64,000 nt of DNA from Stegostoma tigrinum. Lineage: Eukaryota. Below, piece by piece: positions 1 to 14,455 of the stretch. The stretch spans positions 11,576,658-11,640,657 of the forward strand of contig NC_081394.1 of NCBI RefSeq assembly GCF_030684315.1. The letters are read 5' to 3'. Every line of letters begins with the position of its first letter. Position 1 is the first letter of the stretch. The position numbers and the translations under genes were made by a program. The notes under the pieces are model-generated. The model was not told the origin of the DNA, did no database searches, and was given only the letters and a program-made list of their open reading frames with translations.

Positions 1-424
1 CGCGCGCACACGCACACACAGACACACAAAGAGAGAGAGAGAGAGAGAGAGACCAAGGCACAAATATAGGCAGTGGCCTAGACAATGACAGTCAGATCGG
101 AGGTCAGTCAGAAAGACAGGAACAAAATTGAAAAGTAAACAGACAGAATGAAATTCAGAGAGAAACATTGGAAAGAGAATGCCAGAACTTGATTGAAGAG
201 ACATAGACAGTGACACAGGCGGACCAAGAAAAATACAGAAGGAGAGAGATACAAGCAGATACATATTCCAGTTTAAATGTATTTTGAAGATGAAGAAAAG
301 AAAGGAAACAGAACTGCAAGCTGAGTGAAAATCCGTATATTCGAGGCAATGGTATAATTACATCGAAACAAACAGAGAAAGGCCTCGTTGACAACTGAAA
401 TAACTGAGTTTCACAAACCCAGGA

Positions 425-625
425 ATGAAAACATAAGTTACTGGAAAAGGTCAGCAAGTCTGGTGGCATCTGTACGAAAAAAAGAGTGATTTTTTTCGTG
501 TCCAGTAACTCTCAGAACAAGCTTTTCTGACGAAGGGTCACCTAACCTGAAATGTTAACTCTGATTTTTCTTCAGGTGCTGCAAGACCTGCCGAGCTTTT
601 CCAGAAACGTCTGTTTTTTTGTTTG
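425..625. mobile_element. Short palindromic (MITE-like) element made of two inverted Penelope-pLTR-like arms
   Basis: Arm 425-518 (ctggaaaaggtcagcaagtctggtggcatc...) is an imperfect reverse complement of arm 523-625 (...gtgctgcaagacctgccgagcttttccag). The paralogous copy is at ~34440-34640. Confidence 0.6.
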
Positions 626-1584
626 TCAAAGATCTTGATTTCAGCCTATTTCCAGTCTCTGCTATGATGACTGTGCAGGAATTGTGTTTGAATCACGCCA
701 TGTTCATATACAATGCATCTTACAGAGTTTGGATTCAGGAATCTAAAGATTTTCTGGACCTTGCCAATGATCTGTTATGTGAATATTTATTTGTTTGCCT
801 ATTAGCATCATTCATACATATTGTTGTTTCCCTCCTGATTCAAATTCACAGATATCCTGACTTGCTTGGGGCCCTTCATCACCAGCGTCAGTCGCATTCC
901 AACCAAACCTCAAGAAAGGACGTATTGGCAGTTTCTGAATGGGACAGTGCCAATTCCTGTTGGCAAGAAAAATACAATGTGTATGTCTCAATTTTACACT
1001 AGCTACTACGCACTGCGAATGTCCAATATTGACGTATATCAAAATCAAAATCATTGCAATTAATTCATTATGAATCAGAAACCGTGCTTATTCATGCAAT
1101 TAATACAGATCCAATTAATCCGACTCATTTCGATCGAGAGATGCACATTGGTCCCTAAACTCTGAAAATGACTTGAGATACACTGACTCATTGGATATTC
1201 TGACAGAACAGTCCTCCCTAATGTATGGGCACGACAGTTGTGCAGAAAATCCCACAGTATTGAACATCAGACATTGTAGAACTCCCTCTGTGGTGATCAT
1301 CTGACAATACAGTGATGATCTAAAATTCAAACACTCCCTCAGTACCCAAACTTTGACAGTGCAATTCTTCCCTCGAGTTTCTCCTCTTACCTTTCAGAGG
1401 CACTTCTGCCAATTCACGGAGAGTGCATTGACCCTCAATCAATGCCACTTGTTGCATGACATGTTCAATTCTGTCCATCTTTTATCGCAGTGTTCAAACA
1501 GCGCTGATTTTTTGCACGTACGACACTCTTTCAAGATACTCTATATGACATTGCTATGGTCCCGCAGTATGAGCCTTGGCAAAG

Positions 1585-1930
1585 AATCCCGACAGAGTGG
1601 AAAAAGACTATTTGGCTCAACAAATCCACATCAGCCCTCCAAACAGCACACCATGCAGACACATGTCATCCCTGTAACTCCAAATTTACCATCGATAACA
1701 CATCTAATATACACCTCTGCGAAGACTGTGGGCAAATTATCTCAGTCAATTCACAAATTAACACATCTTTGGATTGGGCAAGGAAGCAGGATCACCCGGA
1801 GAAATCCCGCAAAGACAGACACAGAACATGCAATCTCCACTCAAACAGTTGCCCAAGAGTGGAATTGAGCCCCAGACCCGAGCACCAGGTCGCAGCAGTG
1901 CTAAACAATGAGTCATCCTGCCACTCCACA
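1585..1930 (-). mobile_element. HE1-like tRNA-derived SINE
   Basis: Minus-strand tRNA-like head (gtggcaggatgactcattgtttagcactgctgc...gggctcaattcc), central gtggagattgcatgttct core and a CR1-type tail. Confidence 0.7.
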
Positions 1931-4254
1931 AGTGCAGCACTTATCATTGCTGACATTCCAGGCTGTTCTTCTCCTTTAACATTGACTCTGCAATGTTCTG
2001 TTTTACAAAGTTATTTTCAGCTATGAACGTGCGTTGATTTCTATTCTGTCCCCTGCAAGAATACCATTAACAATCATGATCTCTTCAGCGAAATTGAAAT
2101 GCTTCCAAACTAAGATTAACAGTTGCTTTGGTGTTGCGAACTAAAAACCTTGTTATGCTGCACAGGTCATCACCAGGCTCTGTAAATATTGATTCAAGAG
2201 TCTAATGAGCTGGTGGTGGAAATTAGTCTGAGAGCAAGAGCTAGTGTATATCAGGGATGGAGGAGAAAGTTGTTTTTTTTTAAAAGTGTTTCATTTATAT
2301 ATTAATCAAATAGCACTGCAGCTGACACCAAAAAGACTTCTTTCCACGCTAAAATCCGACCCCCGACCCCGACATGACCTCCCTCTGACCCCGACATGAA
2401 TTAAGTCTGAACCTGGAATGACTGAACTTGAACTCTGACACAAACCCAGAAGTAACTCCATGGCTAAGCTGAACTAACCCAAAACGGACACCAATATAAA
2501 TCCATCTCAATTCCAATGCACTACTTGACACACTTTCCATGACTCCAACATGGTAGTGTCACTTACCAGTCAGGATTCTGACATAATCAAACCTTGTTGG
2601 CGCTTATGTCATAAGTAATTCTATTTTGACGCCAATGGCTGACCCCCTGACATATCTGTACATATACAACATTGAGTGCTCACATACAACCCAACGGCTT
2701 CTCTAGGACTTCAGTGGCAAACTATCATAAAATCGTTGACACACACGTGCAATGCTGCATCTTACTGCAGACCGTTCCATACACATGCTAGTAAGTGAAG
2801 TAGTAACATTCAAACCATCAAGCAAGGTGGATTCAAGTTCGCTCAGTGAAAAAAAAAACAATTTTGAGGAAATAATTGTTTCCATACTTGAAGGGAAGGC
2901 ATTCACAAGAGAAGGGTAGGTGAAGTCTGGCATTGATTCCCTCCAAATATCTAAAGAATGCTCATAAGTGCAAAAACATTGATGTTCCTCCTGTAACACA
3001 GACCAAGATTCGTGACTCGAGCAGCAGGAAATGCCAACACAGCTACCTACATCTCTTCTGTCCACTCAGAATGGAAGAAAAACACAATAAAAATAAGACA
3101 TCTTCCTGTTGACATTGCAAAAGTGTAATTGTTCCACCTCAAGCAAATGCAATTAAGGAATTCTACATAAACTGTTAATTGTTAATCCTGAAAGATGCCC
3201 ATCAGGTCAGGAAGGATAACATGTTTCCAGGCGTGTCGTGAGAGGTAACCAAAGGACACAAAGTTAATAGAATCAGAAAATGAACCAAAGCAGCGAGGCA
3301 GCAGCAAAAAAAAATTCCAGCGTGAGTTGTAGTAATGGGTACCAGGCTTCCCGAAAGACCAGAATGAACAACAATTTATAAAAGGAGATTAGATAAATAC
3401 ATAAATGCGAACAATTGGATGTTTGTGGAGAAAAAAAAAACATTGATTGTGTCAAATTGGATCGCATTTTCAAAAGTGTGTGCACTGAAATGCTGTGCAA
3501 AATAGAAACATATGCTGAAGCAATCTATGCTTTGACAAGCACTGTGGGAATTCTGATAGCAGAGGTGAATATAAAATGAAATACACAAATAAAAAATAAG
3601 AATTGTTGAAACTGCTTTCTTGTTGTTTTTGTGTTTACTTTCCAATGACTGGAGCATAATAGCAAGGAATGAAGTTAAAAAAAAAACACACACACACGCA
3701 CAAACACACACACATGCACACGTGCACAAAATTGATTAAAGAGAGCGAGTTAATTAACTTAAAAACCAGGACGTCAACAGTGGCAATCTCTGGATTACTT
3801 CGAGTGCTATATAGTAATAATTGTCAAAAAAGGAATGTTTGGCAGGTGAATGCAAGGCGAAATAATTGGTGAAGGGGGCACGGATGAAGATTACTGGACC
3901 ATTGGTAACTTCTATGGTAGAGGTGATCTCTTCAAGAGTAACAGGCTGCACCCTTACGGGACGGGGATCAAGATCCTGACGGGCATACTTATGAGCACTA
4001 CAAGGGAAGGTTTAAAATAGATTGGCACAGGGTTGAAGCCTCAGGAGCACAGAGTCAAATATGACTCTGGAAGGAGATACAGTAATCAGAAATACAATCC
4101 TTAAGTTGAAGAGGATCTTCTGAGGAAAGGTCGCTCGACCGGAAATGTCAACTCTGTTTTTTTTATTTCCCTGAGCTGTCAATCAACTTTGTTTTTGCTC
4201 CTAATTTGAAGAGACACAAAATGCTGTAACACACCACGGAGTGAGGAATGCCTT

Positions 4255-6530
4255 ATGGATTAATTTGCATGTATTTCAATGCAGAGTTCTGATGATAAGG
4301 ATGATCAACTTCAGGCATGGATGGGTAGATGGGGCTGGGATATTATAACGATTACAGAAACATGGGTCATTCAGGGACAGGACTGGCAGCTTGAAGTTTT
4401 AGGGTGCAGGTGCTCTCGCTTGCATAGAGATGCAGGAAATATTGCAGGTGGATTTGCATTTTTGATCAAGTAGAGTATCTCAGCAGTATCTCTGTAATGA
4501 AATTAGTGAGGAATCATCCAGTGAGGCTTTGTGGTTATTGGTATGAAATAAACAAGGCATCGTGAACGTACTGGGATAGTGCTATATGTCCAAAACAGTT
4601 ATTCGGAATTAGAGGAACAACACACAGGGAGACTTATAGGAACAATCGGGTTGTCATAGTGGTGGATTTTACTTTTCAAAACATTGCTGGGGCTGCCATG
4701 ATATTTAGGTCTTAGATGACGTGGAATTTGATAAAAGTGATCAGCGAAGTTTCCTGAAGTAAGATGTAGAGATTTCTACTCGTCAATTTTGCAAAACCGC
4801 TTTGGAAATCGGGCAGGACAGGTGACTGAAGTGACAGTGGGGAACGATTTGGGACCAGTGATCAAAGTTCTGTTAATTTTATAATAGCAATGGAGAGGGG
4901 CAAAACTGGTCCACTGCTTCAAGTTCTACACTAATGCAAGGCAAATTTTGATGGAAATAGACAGGAACTTGCAGGTGTGGGTTATTCGTTTGTTTGCCAG
5001 CAAAGAAACTTCTGGAAAGTGGGAAGCCTTTAAACGTTAATAGCTGGAGTTAAAGTTCTATGTGTTCCTGTGAGAGTCAACAAGTTTGCAAGGAGTGGCG
5101 AACTTTGGATGACAAAATATATTGCGGCTTTAAACATAAAAATGATGGAGGCATGCGTCAGGTACAGGCAGCTGGGATCAATAGAATTCCGGGTGATATA
5201 CAGATCATCCTGGAGCATTCTGAAGTAGGAAGTCTGAATGGTGAAAAAGGGGGCACGAGGATGCTTTGGCTGAGATGTCAATGCGAATCCAATGATTATT
5301 TAGTATATAAAAGGTAAAATAATAACTAGAGAGAGAATAGGCACCCTCAGCGACCAATTTTGCTGCGTGCCAGTGAAACCGCGAGAGCTGGGCCAGGTAA
5401 ATTCATGAATGTTTCATGTGCCAAGGAGAATGTCATGATGACTTACGGCAGTTCGTGGCACTTTCTTGTAGAGGGTCAATAAAACAGTAGAAATTGTGAG
5501 AAAGTATTAGAATGCATGAACGTGGAAACATCTCTTGTCCTGAAAAAAAACCTAAGATCCCTGCAAGAGGCTGGAGAAGACATTGCGGGGACCCTACCTG
5601 ACATATTTGCATCATAATGTGCCACGATTAAGGTCCCAGATGAGTGGAGGGTAGCGAGTGTTGTGCCCTCTGTCGAGAATTGTAGCAAAGAAAAACCTGG
5701 GAATTACAGGCGAGTAAGCCGAACATCTGTGACAGGTAAGTTTCTTGAGAAGGTTCTCAGATAGAAATATCCATGCATTTGGCAAGAAAGTGTTTGGTTT
5801 GGAGTATACAGCATGGCTTCGTGCATGGCACGCCTCTCAAACCTGTTGGAGTTTTTGATGCAATGGCCAGGAAGGGTGATCAAAGCAGGGCAGTAGACAT
5901 AGTCTATGTGAATTTCAGTAAGGTCATTAACAAGGTTCCCCATGGTAGGATGCTCTGCAAGGATACTCAGTAGAGAATCCAGGGGGATCTGTTAAATGGG
6001 ATTAACGATTAGCTTGATGGTACGAAGCAGAGAGTAATAGTCTTGTCAGATTGGAGGTCTGTGATGAATGGTATGCCTCAGCGTTTGGTACTAGGCCCAT
6101 TGCTGTTTGTTATCTACGTGAATATTTTGACTGAGAACGTGCAAGGCATGATTAGGACGTTTGCAGGTGACAATAAAATAGGTGGCATCATATACATAGA
6201 GGAAGGTAATCGCAAATTGCAGCAGGATATTTGTCAGATTGGAAGTGGTACAAGAAATTCCAGATGGAGTTTCATGGATAAGTGTGAACAAGAGGCATAA
6301 CTTCTTTTTCCCCCAAAGATGGTTCACATATGGAAAGATTTGCCCACAGAAGTGGTTGAGCATGTACATTATCAACACTGCAAAGGCATTCTGATGAATA
6401 CATGGATCAGAAATGTATAGAAAGACTTGGATCAAGTGGAGGGAAATGGGGTTATCGTGGATGGATATTTTGGCCAGCATGGGCCAGTTTCGCCCGAAGG
6501 GCCTGTCTCTGTGCTGTAAACTCTACAATT
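4255..6530 (+). mobile_element. Degraded CR1-type LINE (endonuclease and RT fragments)
   Basis: WDIITITETW..GQDWQL (APE), QHGF, VDIVYVNFSKVINKVPH and [27 protein letters not shown] (RT); 3' tail gggcctgtctctgtgctgta. Many stops and frameshifts. Confidence 0.88.
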
Positions 6531-7069
6531 CACATTGTACCACTTTATTAGCAACAGTGATATTCACAGTCATGGAGCCTTTTAACACAGAAAACAATCC
6601 AGATAACTGCATCTTCTTCGTATGTTATTCCACTGTTACTTGCAGCGTGGGCCCAATTACAGTGGGCCATGAAGGCATTGACTCGAGAAGTATTTGTCAC
6701 GGGAGTTAGCAACATCAGCAACATGAGGAACAAAAACAAAAGTTGCTGGAAATGTTCAGTAGTTCTGGCAGAATGGGTGAAGAAAAGCAGAGGAAATGTT
6801 TCGGGTCTGGTGATTCTTCCTCGGAACGGAGTTATAGCAAACACCTGATAAAACACCAGAATGAACAGAGAAATTAATGTCGTTGGACAAGAGGAATGAT
6901 GTGAATGCAAGTCCTATCAGAGAGAACAGCACAACTTGTTCATGGTGGGTATGCCTAGAAGAGATGAGGCAGTGCGTTAAATAAGAAATAAAAAAAATAA
7001 TCACAACTGCTGTAAATCAGAAATTAGAAGCAAGGTCATCTTATTTTGAACTTAAAGAGTCCATTTGTT

Positions 7070-8130
7070 AGTTCATTAACAACAAGGAAAAAGCAGTTCC
7101 AGAAATTCCTGGAGTGTGCTCAAGCTTCTGTGTCTCCTGCCTGACAGAAGCGGTTGGACGAGATGGGTGGTACGGGTATTTAATAACGCTGACAGCCTTT
7201 CGACAGCAAAGAGCCATGTGTATGGAATCCTTTGATGGAAGGTTGGCTTCTGTGACCATCTGGGCTGTGCACACAACCTCCTGAAATTTCGTACAATCTA
7301 ACGCAAAGCAGTTGCCACACCAGGCTGTTATGCACACAGACAGAATGTTTACTCCAGTGCATCTGTAAAACTCGGTAAGAGCCCTTGCATACATGCACAA
7401 TTTTCGAGCAGCCTGCAGGAGAAAAGCCATTGTTGTGCCTTTTTGACTGTTGCATCAATGTGGAAAGCCCAGCACAAGTTGTTGGTTATGAGTATTCCGA
7501 AGAGATCGAACCTCCCAACAATTTCAAACCCCACACTGATGATGTTCATGGGGTCATGTTCTCCTGCTTTCTGAAGTCAACGATCAGTTCCTTTGTTTTG
7601 CTGATATTGGCAGAGAGCTTGTGATCATTGTGTCACTTCACCAAGCCCTCTCTCTCCTTTCTACAGTCTGCATCTTTGTTGTTCTGTATTGGTCCCATAA
7701 TATTTCTATCATCAGCAAACTTGTAAATTTCCCACAGTTATGAGTGTACAGGCAGTGTATTCATTGGCTGAGAATTCATCCTTGTGGTGCTGAAGTGTTC
7801 AGTGTTATTGTCGAAGTTGTGCACTTGTCTATTTTCACTGATTGTGATCCATGGATCAGAAAGCTGATCCAGATGTGAGTCCTGAGCCGGGGCCAAGGTC
7901 TTTGAGTTTTGAGCTGAGCCTTGAGGGAATAATGTTGTTGAATGTGGAGCCGTCGTGGATGAGCAGGAATTCGAATTATGTGCTCTTGTTGTTCAGATGT
8001 TCCAGGGACGAGTGCAAGTCCAGGGAAACAGCAGAAAATTACAGAAGAGGCTTGCTGTCGAACGTCTTTATTTGTGAGCTGTTCCAGCGTTGCCTCAACT
8101 CTGAGATATGCCCAACAAGATGTAAAATCA
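7070..8130 (-). mobile_element. Degraded Rex1/Babar-like LINE fragment
   Basis: STITLNTSAPQG, FGILITNNLCWAFHIDATVKKAQQWLF and FYRCT..ILSVCITAWCGN are typical of the RT C-terminal region of this clade. Confidence 0.75.
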
Positions 8131-11100
8131 TCCGACTGCATGGTATATGCAATGGACAGGACACATCACTGGCAGAAAATTGATATGGCATCAATCCAGT
8201 CTCGAGCATCAGTAAGAGGCAGTGTTACATTGCATTAATGTCACTGTAACAGTCATCCCGAATTCCAAAGCACAGTTCAATTCAGTGTAGAGAATTGTAC
8301 ATTCTTTCTAATGGCCTTGCAATACCCTCTTTCACCAACATCTCTTTTTTTTTTCAAAAATCAGTGAAAGTTGTTGGACTGCATGGGCAGACAGTTTGGG
8401 AAATCTGACTGAACACTGAACTTTAAATTCGTCCTCTCATTGAAAATGTTACTGGAGGCTGAAAGCACTTATTCATTTTGAACGTTATTCCAAAATGGGC
8501 ATTCTTAGGATTTACGTCTGTCTGAGCCCGAGAACACGAAAATTCTGAGGAGGTGAACCAGTTTTCTTTGCTTTCCTTCGTACGTATCGCATTTGATGAC
8601 TTAACATTTCGCCCTTGAAACACAGTTCCTCAAGTGGGAACAGTCTTACAAATCAGAGTTCATTTTTCATGTCCAGTAATCAATTTCGTGCCCCATGAAT
8701 CTTTCATCTTGTTTAAACCACATCAACAGATCCCTGACACTGAACGATGTCAAGCCCACTCCGATTTTTGTCACGTATTGACAGGTAACCACAATTTGTA
8801 TTTACATGGACTTTGGCACTCATACAAAAATGAAGCATTATGCTTCACCATGGACTGGGCCATGACTGCGCGATAGACTACTGAGATCAATTTTCTCGTA
8901 TCATGTCATTCGACAAAACTAATAACATAGCACAACTATAGACCAACGGCAAATAATATATGTGATTGATATAATCTTTTTTATAGGATTGTTGAAAGGG
9001 AAACACTCAGGAAAGCCAGGACATGCCCACTCCAATTTGTATGGACAGATTATTCGAATTCCTGGAGAAGTAGTCAGTGAGAGGAGAGACATAATTTCCC
9101 GGAAGAATGCACCCTGTCTCTTTCAGGAGCACGAGATAATAAATGTCATTTGTGCTTCTGGCTGTCACTACATGAGATTTCGAGCACAGCTATGTGGAGT
9201 GCCACAATTGTTTTTTTATATTACTTCATCCTGACAACTTCATTCGTGCTTTGAGGTGCTGTGTGTGTCTGTCGTCCTCCAATCCCACAAACCTGAAAGA
9301 AACAAATTCATACAGAAGCAGTTATGGAACGCTGGCTGCACAATGATTCTCCTTCTTGCAGGTTATGCATCCAGAAATGCGAAAACAAGTCACTCTGTTA
9401 AAAAGCTGGATAGATTGAATGATTTCATTACATAACAAAAAAAATCTTGTCACGTTTTCACCCAGTAACCCCGTAGGAGAAACAGTCACATCATGTCCAC
9501 GGATGTAAAGGGCATGAGACCATGAAATATGACCTCTGCTAGTCATACACACTGTGGCCATGTGAATATCACAAAAAGCACTGACTGGACGAAGCTTGCA
9601 AGATAACGTATGCAGCATTTTGGGTATATAGGCCTGTGGAGATGTCATTATCAGGAATGGCTTATTGGGTATTGTTACTGTGATGATGTATTTGGGAATA
9701 GTTGTCCAGGGTTGATGTTTCTCCAAGAATCAATGTATGGGCTCAAGCAATCAAAGCACGAGTGGGCCATTCACCCCCACAAGTTTCCCTATAATTCTTC
9801 AAGATTATGGCTGATAACCTTCTGGTTTCATCTCCAAATGACCGATGGCCAGCATTTACACTACTTCCAGGGGAATGCCATACTCCCCTCCACTCTTGAT
9901 CCTTCAGCAGGGGTGACTTACTCTGCGACACCGTGGCCAACAACTTTTTCATTCGCAACACCTGCTCACACCGCTATTGCAGGTTTCCAAGTAATCAGAG
10001 AGGCTCAACATTTGCCGTTTTCTCACCTCCCTCCTCAGTACCTTTGGACATGACCACATTTCCAAGCGACTTGCCTGCATATCACGCAATCAGTTTCACT
10101 GAAAAAAAGACTTCAGACAGTTAGCAATTATTGACATCGGGTATGAGGGTTGCAGAGTAACTTTCAGTGCAACCAATTTACAGTTCCGTTGAAACGCAAT
10201 CAATTTGCAATTTTGATCTTGTGTAGTCTTGAAATTGGTCTACATGAAAAGGAAAATGCTAAGTTTATCAAAAGGGTCTGATATCCTAGAATACATTCCT
10301 TTCTCTACTCAGCAACACTCCTCCTGAGTGACAAGCCTGATTCCCATGATCTTGTTCTCTTTGTCATTCATAAAACTGCAACATTCTAAAGTCTGCTTCC
10401 TTTCCCAAGAGCGCAAGTACCATATCCAGGAAACCTAATAAAACTTCTACGTGAGCACCACTGCGTCAAGTCAAGGCCTTATGCTTACTTGCACTGAAGT
10501 TGGCCCCCCTCTCTCTAGTGTCAATATTGAGAGCACCCACCACCACGATCACAGATCACCACACGAGCCTAAATGTCTCCGCAGGGAATCATCAAGCTGA
10601 TGGAAATCACAGAGAAAAAAAAAACAGAGATTGAAAGTGAGCAGGAGAAAGTTAAAGGGCATTGTTAAAGTTTACGCTAATCTATAGAAATCGATGGATC
10701 GCGATTGAGTCAATTCTACCATCACATAAGATTCAGATAAGTAGAAAGAGAGAAACCACAATCAACACAGCATCTTGGATCACAGAGTGTAGGCAAGTGG
10801 TTCTTTTGATTATAATCAAACGTTGTTAAGTGAGGACTTAACAACAGCAATTTGTTGAAGTATAAATGTTTATTAAGTAATAATAAAAATAAATGGGAAG
10901 TAAAATAAAGTATTTCTAAAGCTTTTCTACCCTCCTGGACTTCATCGATTGATGTCTGGTCTGGAGGCTTATGTTTATTCGTGGTACAATTCTGTGGTGA
11001 AGTCCAATATCTTGGAACAATTCTCTTTCTTTTGCACAGCGTAATAAACAACAAATGTAGACAATAAAGAAGCTAATTGTGCCAGATTCGGCGTGCCCAG

Positions 11101-11944
11101 GAATGTTTGCTGATTTCATTTAAGGACGTGCATCGTCACTTTTAGCTCAACCTGTACAGACATAGTTTAGTGAGATGGTCAGCGCATTCAAATGAAAAGT
11201 CAGTATTTGAGACAGATTATTGGAGAACTTCTTGACTCACAAGAATCTGTCGGGCTCTCTGAAGGATTTATTGGCCAAAGATTGACATTGGTGATTCTGC
11301 TTTTCTGCAAAATCAATGGAATTAAGTTGTGCTGTCTGAGACAGTCATTGAGTCTACAATTTGACCTACCCTCTTCATTGCACACTTTCCTCAATAGGGC
11401 TGGCCAGCTAGGATCCAGATATGCTATCCAGGTGAAAGATACAACCAGCTTTTGTGAGCAAATATCCTCTCATTCTGAATGGTGTAGTGAGCAAGGATCC
11501 TGATATGGAGGTTGATCTCCCATAATGTTGCTTCATTAGGATCGTTGTTGCCACTGGACATTGGCAATTACATTTTATACCCTGTGCCTAGGTTGATCAA
11601 ACTGGGAAAAATCTGTGACCAAAGTATCAGATAAGTAGGGAGCAGGAAAGACAGATCGGGCTGATTGTGCTCAGTGTGAGCTTTGGATGGAATCAGCAGT
11701 AATAACTGTGCTCTGGTCATTTCCCCAGCACAATGCAAAAACTGAGTATTGGATAATTCATTCCAACACAACAGTTATGTTCCCCACCAGGCCTTGTCAT
11801 GGAAATTTTACGGAAATAAAAATAAATTAGGGCCCTTGTTAAATCTCATTTGTCTTTTCTTGTCTCGATTGAACATTTCGTTTGTAAAACAAACAAGCAA
11901 AAGATTGAGGAAAATCTCAACATTTCAAAAATTCATGTACTGAA

Positions 11945-14455
11945 TTCTGTGGTTGGTTCTTTCATCAAGCTAGTTCGTTAGTTCGCAGATGTTTCATTAT
12001 CATGTTGTGTAACATCATCAGTGCAATGTTTTGAGTTTCCTGACTTGGTATTTAAACTTTGGGGTCCATTGGAATTGGTTTCCTCATTTACATTTTTTTT
12101 TCTTCACAGTGGTATATGCATATAGGTCTAATTCTTGGCGGGGAAGCAAGCATCGAGAAATTCACGTGTTTGTCTCTGTTTGGCTTGTCCTAGTATCCTA
12201 ATGTTGTCCCAGTCCAACTAACGTTCTCCTTATCTTTGTGAATGGAGACAAAGGAGTCCTGGTCATGTGTTTTTGTTGTTAATTGGTGTTCATGTTTTCC
12301 TTTGGCAAGATTTCTTCCTGTCTGTGCAATGTAATGTTTGTTGCAGTCTTTGTGTGGCATCCTTTATACCATGTTGATTCTGTCCATAGTTGATATCAGT
12401 CATTTGGGTAAATAAAAAAGTCTCTCAGGCAGGGAACTAATAGTCACAAAGAAAATTGTTCTCACGCATGTACTCAACTGCAATCACAGAGATGCTAACA
12501 GGATGAAAGTTCACAATCACACCGTAATCCACACAAAAGCCCAACGGCGTCAATGATGAAACACAACCAACCATAAGACAGACAGTGCTGCCGGCACTGA
12601 ACTGAGGAATCAACGTTAACACAATTAACAAATCAGAAAAGAAGTCCCTCGAAAGATTGTAAAAAAAAGGCAAAATATCATAATCCTATCAGCAGACAAA
12701 GGGCGTGTGACAGTAGTATGAAACAAAAGGGACTACCTCACTAAAGCACAGACGCCTCTTGCAGACTCGAATACGTTCTGACAGTTGCACATAGACCCGT
12801 CACTAAAACTGGATTAAAAAAATCATATTAAAGAGATTTAAATAGCCCAGACAAATCAACAAATTCAAACGCTAAAAATGAAGTCTGAAGGGACATACAG
12901 CTCCCCAATTCTACTGCCCCGCAAAAGTACCCAACCTTTTGCACGTCCCAGGTGTCTCATCTCCCTCCCAGGCACATCAACAGACAGGTTTGCCAAAGAT
13001 TTACAAAGGTGAAAGAACCTCGTCATCATGTCACCTTATTCAATCCACTCAGTCCAGGAGTTCCTGATTTTTCTCCAAGCCATAAGAATATACGAGCTCA
13101 CATTTGGTGTCCTTTGACGTTACCACCTGTTCACATCAATTGACATACTACTGACAGGAGAAACAGCAACAAAACGTCTGACAGAATCAGACCCAAGTGA
13201 GACCATCTCCACGTACAGCATGCTGAAAATACTGGACATTTGCCCCACGTCCCACTTCAGAGTTAATTGTCAAATCTATGAATAAATCAACGAGACACCC
13301 ATGGGGTTCACCTCTATGCAGACTCACAGCAGAAGCAGTCATAATGACGCTTGACAACACAACTTTTCTGCACATCCAAATTGAACTACCTTTCTGATAC
13401 GTCGATGAGACTTTTGTCATCGTTACACTGACAAAACCAGAGAAGACACCGCTGCATACGAACGACAATCTCACCAGCATCAAGTTCACCAAGGAAGAAA
13501 AAAAAAAGAATGCCCACTCCTGGACGTCATTGTCGGAGGGAGGTCCAGTGGGGAGTTTTTACAAAAGTACACAGAAAAAGCCACACACATGGATAAAATC
13601 CTGAAAGCAAGCACGCCAACATCCACAAAAGTAGTTGCATAAAAAAGAGTGACACTTTTGTCATTGAAAAGTGACAAAACCCTGCATCAATCAGGAACAA
13701 TGCCAAACGAAGCCTACCTTGAACAAATAGTTAAGGGCAACAGATACCCGAAAAGCTGGGTACAATGATGGCGATCACACAAACAACAATAGGGAGATAC
13801 AACACATGTTGACACATTTGTCAAGTCACCATACATCAAGAACTTATCCGAACTGACTACAAGACTTCGCTGACATTTGGGCGTCAGAGTGGCACACAAA
13901 CCAATGTCAACTCTATGCCACCTACTAACTCAAACCAAAGGCGCCTTACCCATGATGAACAGGATCAAAGTGATATACAAGATTGCACGCAAAAACTGCG
14001 ACAAATATTACAATAGGCAGACTGGAAGGTATCTGGCCACAAGGATAAATGAAAACCAATGAGCAACAAATGTATATGACCAGTGCTCTCTCGTCTCCAT
14101 TTACATGGATAAGGTGAAGGATTACTTCAATCTGGACTACATCAGGATACCAGGTCAGTCCAAAGAGAGACAGGCAATGGAATTTCGAGAGTTTGGTTCT
14201 CCAACAAGAATTTCATCAATAAACATACAAAATGAGACCCGACATATACACCATTGTGAAGAAAAACGGAAATGAGGCAATTAATTCCAACGAACCCCCG
14301 AGTGGGAAAGCACAACAGCACTTCATTGGAGCCTTCGCTGATGATGTTACACAACAGGATAATAAAATTTCTGTGAACTAATGAACGAACATGGTGAGCG
14401 AACGAAACATAAATTCTACAACCCGAGCCATAAATCTACTCAAGAACCTTTGTAA
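11945..14455 (+). mobile_element. Degraded Penelope-like retroelement with an inverted copy of its 3' end
   Basis: + strand fragments IIILSADKGRVTVV (~12675), VSFDV..LFTSI (~13105), TPMG-SPL (~13295), YVDETFVI (~13398) and a GIY-YIG-like VIYKIARKNCDKYYNRQTGRYLATRINE (~13970). 11945-12410 is an inverted homolog of ~13940-14420. Absent from unit B. Confidence 0.85.

Larger units (their letters stand above)
1..3640. repeat. Block X, inverted paralog of ~29490-35035
   Basis: Reverse-complement similarity throughout (e.g. 60-300 vs 34780-35000, 800-1030 vs 34020-34260, 1950-2100 vs 31205-31360, 3250-3620 vs 29520-29890), including shared SINE and microsatellite positions. Confidence 0.85.

Noticed and set aside
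619-1063. ORFs with peptide similarity to ORFs at 34050-34426
   Set aside because: The similarity switches frames and reflects DNA-level paralogy of block X; there is no recognisable protein family.
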